NCBI GenBank assembly: GCA_024679065.1
Contig: JAGIQG010000027.1
Location: 6,076,001 to 6,140,000, forward strand
Reading direction: 5' to 3'
From: Sphyrna mokarran
Lineage: Eukaryota
Length of the DNA: 64,000 nucleotides
The notes beneath the pieces are model-generated. The model saw only the letters and a list, made by a program, of their open reading frames with translations, did no database searches and was not told the origin of the DNA. Shown piece by piece: positions 26,150-36,268 of the stretch; position 1 is the stretch's first letter; each line of letters opens with the position of its first letter. Made by a program: the position numbers and the translations under genes.

Positions 26150-27830
26150 CATGTGTGCAGGAAGTGCCTCCAACCGCAGATCCTGGAAGCCTGCGTTTTG
26201 GAGTTGGAGCATCCGCGAGGCAGAGAGTATTGTGACTAGCACATATAGAGAGGTGGTCACACCACAGGCGCAGACTCCACAAGCAGGAAGGGAGTGGGTG
26301 ACTGCTAGGCAGAGCAAGGGAGCTAGGCAGACAATGCAGAAATCTCTTGTGGCTATTCCCCTGCAAAACTAATGTACTGTTTTGGATGCTGTTGAGTGGA
26401 ATGGCCTTTCGGGGGAAAATACCAACAGCCAAATCTGTTGCTCCATGGTTGGTTCTGTTGCAAAGGGGAAGAATAAAAAGTAGGTGGGTTTCAGATTCCT
26501 AGGGCACTGGAACAATTAAGAACAAAAGAAAAAAACAGTAAGGAGAATAAGGAAAATGAAAGGCAGAGAAATCAAGAGCCGGACTATGATGAGGATAGAA
26601 TAAAAATTAATAGGAAAAGGAAAAATGTTAGTGTCCTCCTTAGGTTTGTACTTGAATGTTCAGGGCATTTGAAACAAAATAGATGAATTAGATGCACAGA
26701 TAGATGTAAAGGGATGTGATTTGGTTGGCATTACTAAGACATGGCTCCAAGGTGAGCAAGGATGGGAAATAAACATTGAGGGCTATTTGGTGTTTAGGAA
26801 GGACAGACGGAAAGAAAAAAACTGGTGGATTTGAGTTGTTGATTAGAGATGATATTGATATGCTAGTGAGGAAAGATATGAGCGTAGATGATGTGGAATC
26901 TGTATGGGTCGAACTAAGAAACAACAAGGGGCAAAAAGCATTAGTGGAGGTGGTGTACAGACTACTAAACTAGTGGTAATGTTGGGAAAAGTAAGAAATC
27001 AGATGTGTGTGTCAAAGGAACATCTGTAATTGTAGGTGACTTTAATCTGCATATAAATTGGGACAGTCAAATTAGTCACAGTACAATAGAGGAGGAATTT
27101 TTAGAGTGCATACGGGATGGCTTTCTGGAGAAATACATTAAGGAACCAACAAGGGATCAGATCATCCTCTGGTTTGGGGCACTGAGAAAGGATTAGTTGG
27201 CAATCTAATTGTAAGAGAACCCTTGGGGACTAGTAACCATAATATGGTAGAATTCCTTGTCAAGGTGGATAATGATGTAGTTGGTTCTGAGACCAGGGTT
27301 CTGAATCTCAAAGGTAACTATGATATGAGGCATGAATTAGCCATGATGGACAGGGAAACATTACTGAAAAGAATGACAGTGGATGGGCAATGGCAGGCAT
27401 TTAAAGAAGGAATAGGTGAAACTCCAGAAGTTGTTTATTTCTATCTGGCGCAAGAATGGTAAGGTAATTGTGGTCAAACCATGGCTTACAAGGGAAATTA
27501 GAGATAATCATATTAGATTCAAGGAAGAAGCATACAAATTGACAAGAGAAAGCAATAGGCCTGAGGATTGGGAGCAGTTTAAAATTCAGCAAAGAAGGAC
27601 CAAGAGATTGGTTAAGAACGGAAAAATGGCACATGAAAATAAGCTAGCTGGGAACATAAAAACTGACTATAAAAGTTTCTATAGGTATGTAAACAAAGAG
27701 ATTGACATATATGAATATAGGCTGTTTATAGTAAGTGACAGGGAATTAAAAAAAAAGGCTGAGAAATTAAATTTGTATTTTATTCATGTCTTCCTTTGTG
27801 AAGACTGAAGCAATGTTTCGGAAGTGCTGA
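26150..27830 (+). mobile_element. CR1 LINE 5' half (ORF1 remnant plus ORF2 APE endonuclease), nested in Gypsy
   Basis: ORF1-like VVTPQ..WVTARQSK..VAIPLQN. APE motifs VESVWVELRNNKG, VIVGDFNLH, LGTSNHNMVEF, then KPWLTREIR. Confidence 0.88.
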
Positions 27831-27835
27831 GAATA

Positions 27836-28170
27836 AAACATAGAACAGTACAGTACAGGCCTTTCGGCCCTCAATGTTGTGCCGAAATTTGTCTGAAACC
27901 AAGATATCCCACTCTATCATTCTGGTGTGCTCTGTATGCCTATCTAGTAATCACTTGAAAGTTCCTAAAGTGTCCGACTCCACTGTCACAGCAGTAGCCC
28001 AACCACTCACTGAATAAAGAACCCATCTCTGACGTCCCTCCTATATCTCCCACCGTGAACCTTTATAGTATGCCCCTAGAAACAGCTACATCTACCAGAG
28101 GAAATAGTCTTTGAACGTCCACTCTATCTATCCCCCTCATCATCTTATAAACCTCTATTAAGTCTCCTCT
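27836..28170 (-). mobile_element. CR1 3' fragment
   Basis: Tail 'catagaacagtacagtacaggcctttcggcc' followed by the reverse complement of the ORF2 end (RDLIEVYKMMRGIDRV). Confidence 0.85.
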
Positions 28171-28352
28171 CTGCTATTCTATGTTCTATGCTTCGTCTGT
28201 TTTTAATTGCTTCACAATTCCTTGGTCATCCATGGTTCCTGTATTCTGCCTTTCCTTTTCATAGGCACATGCCTGCCCTACACATCAATCAACTGCCTCT
28301 TAAAAGGCTCCCACTTGCCAAATATGGATTTAGCGTCAATACATGATTGGAA

Positions 28353-28422
28353 AGAGGGTACCAGATTTGAACTGGGACCTCTTGATCTGCAGTCAAATGA
28401 TGTACCACTGAGCTATACCTCC
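28353..28422 (-). pseudogene. tRNA-Cys(GCA) pseudogene
   Basis: Minus strand reads GGAGGTATAGCTCAGTGGTACATCATTTGACTGCAGATCAAGAGGTCCCAGTTCAAATCTGGTACCCTC, close to vertebrate tRNA-Cys-GCA. The anticodon loop CTGCAGA is intact, while the D-arm and acceptor stem are damaged. Confidence 0.9.
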
Positions 28423-30195
28423 TCAGCATTTGAAGAATACAGGGAAAGTTGGAAAAGAGCTTAAACAAGGCATTAGGAGGGCAAGAAGAGGTCACGAAAT
28501 ATTCTTGGCAGACAGAATTAAGGAGAATCCCAAGGCATTATGTAAGTGTATTAGGAACAAGAGGGTAGTTAGAGAAAGAGTTAGTCCACTTGAGGACAAA
28601 GGAGGGAAATTATGTGTAGAACCAAAGGAAGTGGGTGAAATCCTTAATGAGTACTTTGATTGGTGCTCACAAAGGAGAGGGACACGTCAATTGATGGTGT
28701 CTTGGAGGGGTGTGTAAACCTTTAGAACAAAGGGTCATTTTGAGGGAGGAAGTGTTAGGTGAATTAAAAAGCATTAAGATAAACAAATCCCAGGGCCAGA
28801 TAGCATTTAACCTGGTTTATTGAGAGAGACAAGAGGAAATTGCTGGGCCTGTAATGGAAATCCGTGTTTCTTTGTTGGCTACTGGTGAGGTACCAGAGAA
28901 CTGGAGGATAACCAATGTAGTCCCGTTATTTAAGAAGGGTAACAAGAATAGGCCAGTGAGCTTGATGTCAATGATAGTGAAACAATTGGAGAAGATCCTT
29001 AGGAATAGAATCTGCACACATGTGGAACTGAATGTTCTTGTTAGTGACAGTCTGGTTTTGTGCATGAGAGGTCATGCATCACAAATTTAATTGAGTTTTT
29101 TGAGGAGGTGACAAAAATGATTGATGAGGGAAGTGCTGTGGAAGTTGTCTATATGGATTTAGTAAGGCATTTGACAAGATCTCTCATGGCAAGCTGGTGC
29201 AAAAAATTGAAGCTCACTGGATCAGGGTTGAACTGCTAGATGGATTCAGAACTGGCTTGGCCATAAAAGACAGAGGGTAGCAGTGGAAGGTTTTTTTTGG
29301 AATGGAGGTCTGTAATTAATGGTGTCGTGCAGGGATCATATATCTTGGAAGAAAATGTAGCTGGTCTGATTAGCAAGTTTGCAGATGATACTAAAATTGG
29401 GAGAGTTGCAGATAGTGATGAAGATTGTCAGAGAATACAGCAGGATATAGGCTGGAAAATTGGGGTGGAGAAATGGCAGGTGGAATTTAGTCCAGATAAA
29501 TGTGAAGTGATGCATTTTGGTAGATCCAATTCAGGTGGGAGCTATAAAATAAGTGGCAGAGCAATCTGGAGCAATCTTAGTATCAACCACAGAGGTCCCA
29601 GCACTGATCCCTGCAGAATACCATTAGTTACAGACCTCTATTCAGGAAAAAAAAATTCCACCGGTACCCTCTGTCTTCTATGGCAAAGCCAGTTCTGAAT
29701 CCATCTAGCAGTTCAAGCCTAATCCAGCGAGCTTTAATCTTTTGAATTGACACACAGAGACCTGGGAGTACAGGTCCACCAATTCTTAGAAGTGGCAGCA
29801 CAGATGGAAAAGATGATGAAGAAAGCATATGGCATGCTTGCCTTCATTGAAAGGATCATTAAGTATAAAAGTTGGCAAATTGTGTATAATTTTGTATAAA
29901 ATGTTGGTTAGGTCACATTTCGAATGCAATGTTCAATTCTGGTCACCACACTACCAGAAGGACGTGGAGGTTTTGGAGAGAGTGCAGGAAAGATTTACCA
30001 GGATGTTACCTGGTATAGACGGTATTAATTATGAGGAGAGATTGAATAAACTGGGATGTTCTCCCTGGAAAGATGGAAGCTGAGAGGTGATCTGATAGAA
30101 GTTTATAAACTTCTGAGAAATATGGGTAGGGTGAACAATTCGAAGCTTTTTCCCAGGGCAGAAATGACAATTATAAAGGAGCACAAGTTTAAGAT

Positions 30196-30210
30196 GGGGG
30201 GGGGGGGGGG

Positions 30211-30242
<32 letters not shown>
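30196..30242. repeat. Poly-G run plus (GA)n microsatellite
   Basis: A G-run followed directly by a GA dinucleotide tract. Confidence 0.95.
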
Positions 30243-30245
<3 letters not shown>

Positions 30246-30317
30246 GGAAGGTAAACATGATCTGCACAGCTTGGAGGGCTGAAAGGCCTGTTCTTATACT
30301 ATACTGTTCTTTGATGT

Positions 30318-30431
30318 AGAGATGCCAGTTGGACCAGGGTGGGCACAGTAAGAAGTCTCACAACAAGTGGTTAAAGTTCGACAAGTTTATTTGGTGTCAC
30401 AAGCTTTCAGAGCACTGTCCTTCATCAGCTT
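30318..30431 (-). mobile_element. Penelope-derived short element with decayed minimal hammerhead core
   Basis: Minus strand CTGATGA-aggacagtgctct-GAAA-gctt followed by 'caaataaac...actttaacc..tgttgtgagacttcttactgtgccc'. Same family as 60877-61035 and 63671-63772. Confidence 0.65.
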
Positions 30432-33140
30432 GTTTTGATGCAACAAATGTGGAAAATTGAACTACTTTGCCAAGTGCTGTAGATCCAAACCACAGCAGCC
30501 ATCAGCAACGTAGGTGTTCAATCCTCCAGGGATAGGAGCGACAGTAAGTGAAGCTACAGTCTCCAACAACACTGTTGCAATAGTATTGACAGTGGCACCA
30601 AAAATGGCATAACGCAGACTTAGTCAATATTGACACTGGACTGAAGGATAATATACCATCCAGCCAAAGGTTACAGGAAATAAACCTGCATGCAACACCC
30701 AGACATACCTCATAGCTTATGATTTGCAGTCATAGAACATAGAACGTAGTCCATCCTGAAGTAGCGACCTTCCATTCCTCAGAAGGAAATTTCAAGTTCC
30801 GTATAGCTAATCAGAACATAAAACCAGTACCAGGACTTCGGGATAGTATTGCATTAGAGCTCATTCAACCTGGTCCAAAAGTGTATGCTGTGCTCTCCCA
30901 AGGCCCTATAGAAGAGACCTGGAGTGGGTTTCAGCAATGATGGCTGTAGTAAAATGATGGCACCGTCAGGATATGTATTCATGCAGTGCAGTTGAACAAA
31001 GTACTACTCAGACCACGTCACTCTGAAGACAGCAGAACAGGTGATAGTAGAAATGCCTAATGTCAAGGTGTTCAGCATTTTCAATGCAAAATGTGGTATC
31101 TGGCAGGTCCTGTTTGAAGAGGAATCCTCAACAATATCACATTCATTTTTCTGTTTTCTTTGTATGTCGAATAGGATATTCAGAGGCAGTGAGGTTTACC
31201 AGTGGTGCATAGAGTGATTCTTGCAGGCCAAGCATGAGAAACCATTGTTGATGACATCTTTGTTTGGGGCTGTACTATACAAGAACTCATCTCATCCTTG
31301 ATAGAATCAGGGCCATCCAGTTAAAGCTTCATCCTGTGAAATACAGATTTGATACTTAGGTCATTTAGTCACAGCCAATGGTGTAAAGCCTGATGTAAAT
31401 AAGATAATGGTGGTACAACCGATGGCTTTTCCTCTGGACAAACATTCTTCATAGCGATTTGCTGATTTGACAAATTAATCTTTTGTTTATCTTTTATTGT
31501 AAGGAGGTCACTGATTCTGTTTATCAGCTTCTTTACCAGGATGTTGAATGATGCTGGTAAGAGCTCCACACAACAGTCTTCAATGCAAAATGTGGTATCG
31601 GGATAGTATTGCATTAGGGCTCATTCAACCTGATCCACATTAAGCGTTTGCAGCTTCATTGGTATTACAATATTTTTGTTTGAGCACCCCTACTCATCAG
31701 CAGACAGCCCCAGCAACTGACTTGGTGCAGTCTGCATGCAGAGACTTGTTATGCACAGTCTGAAAAGGAACTATTTGCTTTAGTTTTTGCCTGTCAGAAA
31801 TTTTATGATTTCATATATGGTCATCCTACAACTATTGAAACAGATCACAAACCATTTGTAACTTCTCTATACTGCATCTGCATGGCTACAGTGCATCATG
31901 CTAAAGTTGCAATGCTACAACCGTCGAGTTGTCCACAAATGTGGCAAGAAGTTGTACTTAGCTGATGGCCTCTCCAGAGCTATCTTACCCATCATAGATT
32001 GGCAGATTGAGGAAGCCACAGACATTATAGCAATAGATATGTTATCCTTGCATCGAATTCAGGAACTCAAATGGGCCTTACAGGCAGATATCACATGCAA
32101 GCAATTGCACAGTGTTGTCATGAGAAGCTGGTCAGAATCCTCAAGTGTGCTTTCCCATGAGCTCCACACGTCTTTGCCATAATAGATAAATAACCGTATG
32201 TAGCCAGTGATTTGTCATTCCAACTGCCCTCTTCCAGAGGCGCTACACAAAACAACTACACCAAGCGACATCTAGCTTGGAAGCAACCAGATACAGGGTT
32301 ACGGAATTATGTACTGACCTTCCATGTATGTGAATATGGAAAGTGAATCTTCAGATGTGTACTGTACAATGCGCTCAAAGTGCATCAAGCAAAAACTGTT
32401 GCATTTATGAGGTAATTCACAGCAGTTGACATTTTCAATTGGAGTGGTAAACAACATTTAGTCATATTTAAATAATTTTCTGGCTTGTTTGAATTCAACT
32501 ACCTGCCAAAATGACGAGTAAAATGTAATCATCAAGCTTAAGAGACACTTTGCCACACATTGCATCCCACAGAAACTCATGACAGACAATGCTCATCAGT
32601 TGTCTCTGCTGAATTTTGCAACTTTGCACGCACAGTGGACTTCTGAGCATATCATGAGCAGTCCCCTATATCCACAGTCAATTAGTTTGGCAGAAAGGAC
32701 AGTTTGCTCAGTCAAACATTTTCCAGAGAAATGTGCATGGGATTGTAGAGCCTACAATGATACTCCAGTTTTCAGCCTACAAATCTACCATGACAGGGCC
32801 TGCCTATGTCAGCACAACTTTGTTCTAGGCACACCAGGACCATGATTCGTCATTGCTAATTCTCTGCTGCACCTAAACCTGAAACCAATGTGAATGATGC
32901 CCTACTGCAATGCAGATTGAGAAGTAAGATGCACAGTGATCAAGATGCCTACAGACTTGATCTTCTGATCGATTTGATGTTTGATCACCAGATCAAACAT
33001 CCAGAATTTGGACTGTATGTGGCCATGGTAGTGGTAATACTTTGCAATTGAACAGTTGAATGGTAGCTTCAGATAGTGCTTACCTATGCAAGTAATCGTA
33101 TCAACTTCACCAATTAGCAGAACCAGCATCCAACAGATAA

Positions 33141-33875
33141 CAAGAGTATAGGGCTAATGGTAGAACTCTTAATAGTGTTGATGAACAGAAGGATCTTGGT
33201 GTATATGTGCATAGATCCCTGAAAGTTGGCAGTCAAGTCGATAAGGTTGTTAAGAAGGCATACGGAGTCTCAGCTTTTATTGGTAGGGGGATTGAATTTC
33301 GGAGCCGCAACGTCATGTTGCAACTGTACAAAACTCTAGTGCGGCCGCACTTGGAGTATTGTGTACAGTTCTGGTCCCCGCATTATAAGAAGGATGTGGA
33401 GGCATTGGAGAGGGTACAGAGGAGGTTTACCAGGATGTTGCTTGGTATGGAGGGCAGGTCTTATGAAGAGAGGCTGAGGGATTTGAGGTTGTTTTCGTTA
33501 GAAAGAAGGCAGCTAAGAGGAGACCTTATTGAAACATATAAGATGATTAGAGGTTTAGATAGGGTGGACAGTGATAGCCTTTTTCCGAGGAAGGAGAAAG
33601 CTAGCACGAGGGGACACAGCTTTAAATTAAGGGGTGGTAGTTATAGGATGGATGTCAGAGGTAGGTTCTTTACCCAGAGGGTGGTAAGGGTATGGAATGC
33701 CCTGCCTGCTGCAGTAGTAGATGCACCAAGTTTGGTGGCGTTTAAGAGGTTAGTAGATAAGTTTATGGATGAAAAGGGAATGGTTTAGGTTAGAGGGTCA
33801 TTGCTTTTTCCTAATTGGTCAGCGCAACATCGAAGGCCGAAGGGCCTGTTCTGCGCTGTAATGTTCTGTGTTCCG
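33141..33875 (+). mobile_element. Young 5'-truncated CR1 nested in Gypsy
   Basis: Uninterrupted ORF 33207..33788 encodes the CR1 ORF2 C-terminus. Same subfamily as 266-730. Confidence 0.95.
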
Positions 33876-34329
33876 TCATTTGGCTTATGGCATCAGCTCA
33901 TTGCATCAGCTAACATACAGACTCCTTACAAAATCCAACACCGTGAATCCTGCACCTGAGTGACGTACAGATAAAACGTTATTAACAGTGAGAACATTGG
34001 CCACAGACACTATAACACTACCAACCATTGTCGTCACGTGCTTGGGTCACATGATGGGAGCACAGGAGTTATCCTTAGTGACAGACAGTACAAATGTGGT
34101 ATGTAACTGTTGAGCTCAGGAATAAGCTACCTTTGTTGGAAGTCCTTGTCAGTAATTTAGAAACCCACAACTTTTTAACACTCTCAACCTCCAATATTCT
34201 GATTCCATATTCTCCCTGTCAATTCCTTTCAACTCTGTCTTCATTGTTTCATTATCACAAAAGCCCTGAGTATTTTCAGATTTGTTACTGTCCAAAGTTC
34301 CTAAATCTCTTTTTTTTGATTCTGCTTTT

Positions 34330-36268
34330 GGTCATTGTCTCTTCTTTGGACACAGGTGAGGTCCCGGAGGACTGGAGAGTAGCTAATGTTGTACCGTTGT
34401 TTAAAGAGAGTAGTAAGGATAACCCTGGGAATTATAGGCAGGTGAGTTTGACGTCAGTGGTAAGGAAGCTGTTGGAGGGGATTCTTAGAGATAGGATGTA
34501 TAGGCACTTAGAGCGTTGCGATCTGATTAGGGATATGCAGCACGGATTTGTTAAGGGGAGGTCGTGCCTTATGAATCTGGTAGAATTTTTTGAGGAGGTG
34601 ATGAAAACAGTGGACGAACGGCAAGCGGTTGATGTCGTCTATATGGATTTTAGTAAGGCGTTTGACAAAGTCCCTCATGGGAGGTTAGTTGAGAACGTCA
34701 GAGCTCATGGGATACAAGGACAGGTAGCTAGATGGATAAGTAACTGGCTTGGTAATAGGAGATAGAGTGTGATAGTGGAAGGATGTTTTTCTAGCTGGAG
34801 ATCGTTCACTAGTGGTGTGCCACAGGGCTCGGTACTGGGACCTCTTCTATTTGTAATATATATAAATGACTTGGAAGAGGGGGTAAGTGGAGTGATCAGC
34901 AAGTTTGCAGATGATACAAAGATGGCTGGACTTGTGGATAGTGAGGAGCATTGTCAGGCGATGCAGCAGGACATAGGCTGGTAGCTTGGGCAGACAGATG
35001 GCAGATGGAATTCAATCCTGATAAATGCGAGGTGCTGCATTTTGGGAGAAAGAATGTAAGGGAGAGGTATATGATAAAGGGTAGACTATTAAGAGTATAG
35101 AAATGCAGAGGGATCTGGGGGTGCAGGTGCACAAGTCCCTGAAGGTAGCAGAGCAAGTGGAGAAGGTTGTGAAGAAAGCATATAGTATGTTAGCCTTTAT
35201 AGGAAGGGGTATAGAGTACAAGAGCTGGCCTTTAATGTTGCAGTTGTATAAAACGCTGGTTAGACCTCATTTGGAATACTGCGTCCAGTTCTGGTTGCCC
35301 TACTACCGGAAGGACGTGGAGACTCTGGAGAGAGTGCAGAGGAGGTTTACCAGGATGCTGCCTGGAATGGAAGGTCTGAGTTACGAGGAGAGATTAGGCA
35401 AATTGGGACTGTTTTCCTTAGAAAGACGTAGACTTAGAGGAGATTTAATAGAGGTGTACAAGATTATGAGGGGTATAGATAGAGTAAACAAGGCTAAGCA
35501 TTTTCCTAGGATGGACTCAAATAGCATGAGGGGTCACAGGCTTAGGGTGAGGGGGGTAAGGTATAATTTGGATGCTAGAGGGAGTTTTTTCACACAGAGG
35601 GTGGTGGGGGTATGGAATGCGCTGCCAAGTAAAGTGGTGGAGGCAGGCACTCTTGAGTTATTTAAGAAATACTTAGATGGGCACATGAACAGAATGGGAA
35701 TGGAGGGGTATAGAAAACTGATTGAAAATAGGGATCATGAGCCTTGGGAGTCCCTGGGAAGTGTGTAAATAGATGATGATATTGATGTACTTGTTTTTAT
35801 CCTCCAGGTGCTTTGGTCCACCTTGTTGTCTAACGAGGGGCATACACGTTATGGGTCGTGAGAGGGATGCTCTTGGATTTTTTTCTAGAGTATCCTAGTG
35901 CTTCACGTCGTTAGTGTACACTTGACCTGGATCATTTGATGGGCAACACGACAGCTCAGTGACTATCGCTGTGCTGTGCAGATACATGGATTTGGGCCTG
36001 TGTCTGTGGGAGTTTGCGCTTTCTCCCCATGCTTGCGTGGGTTTTCTCTGGGAGCTCCGGTTTCCTCCCACATCCCAAAGATGTGCTCTTAGGCTAATTG
36101 GCAAAACAAATTCTCCCTAAATTGTCTCAAATTTGGTTTTTAATCCATAGATCTATAAACACGGACAGGGATCGCGGGTAGAGGTGGGTACATCGGGGTG
36201 GCGGCGTGGGCTCGTTGGGCCAAAGGTCCTTTTTCCCATGCTGTTTTGTTCTTTGTTCTTTGTTCTTT
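34330..36268 (+). mobile_element. Young CR1 LINE (RT to 3' end) with extended, SINE-containing 3' UTR
   Basis: RT motifs [36 protein letters not shown] and a C-terminal ORF to 35768. The 3' UTR includes an HE1-like segment (35941-36268) and a (ttctttg)n tail. Confidence 0.95.

Larger units (their letters stand above)
28180..30316 (+). mobile_element. CR1 LINE with 5' inversion (28180-28338 on minus; body 28423-30316 on plus)
   Basis: Body ORFs 28430.., 28854.., 29297.. (SKFADDTK), 29829.. and 30056... The inverted piece encodes GKWEPFKRQL..HVPMKRKGRIQEPWMTKE, the segment that normally precedes the body. Confidence 0.85.
25526..34180 (+). mobile_element. Decayed Gypsy LTR retrotransposon with nested insertions
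   Basis: The 5' LTR ends at 25717 and the 3' LTR at 34180. Both share 'ggagttatcc' and 'ctacctttgttggaagtccttgtcagt...aacccac.actttt..aca'. PBS at 25718. Gag zinc knuckle CNKCGKLNYFAKCC (~30439), protease-like IDTG (~30630), RT IVDDIFVWG (~31243), RNase H YAQSEKELFALVFACQKFYDFIYG..IETDHKP (~31750), integrase TDNA...SSPLYPQS..LAER (32579..). The 5' LTR start is uncertain. Confidence 0.88.

Noticed and set aside
34094-34765. 223-aa ORF as a novel membrane-anchored RT gene
   Set aside because: It is a chance in-frame join of the Gypsy 3' LTR, a T-rich spacer and a 5'-truncated CR1 RT, and it stops in mid-RT.
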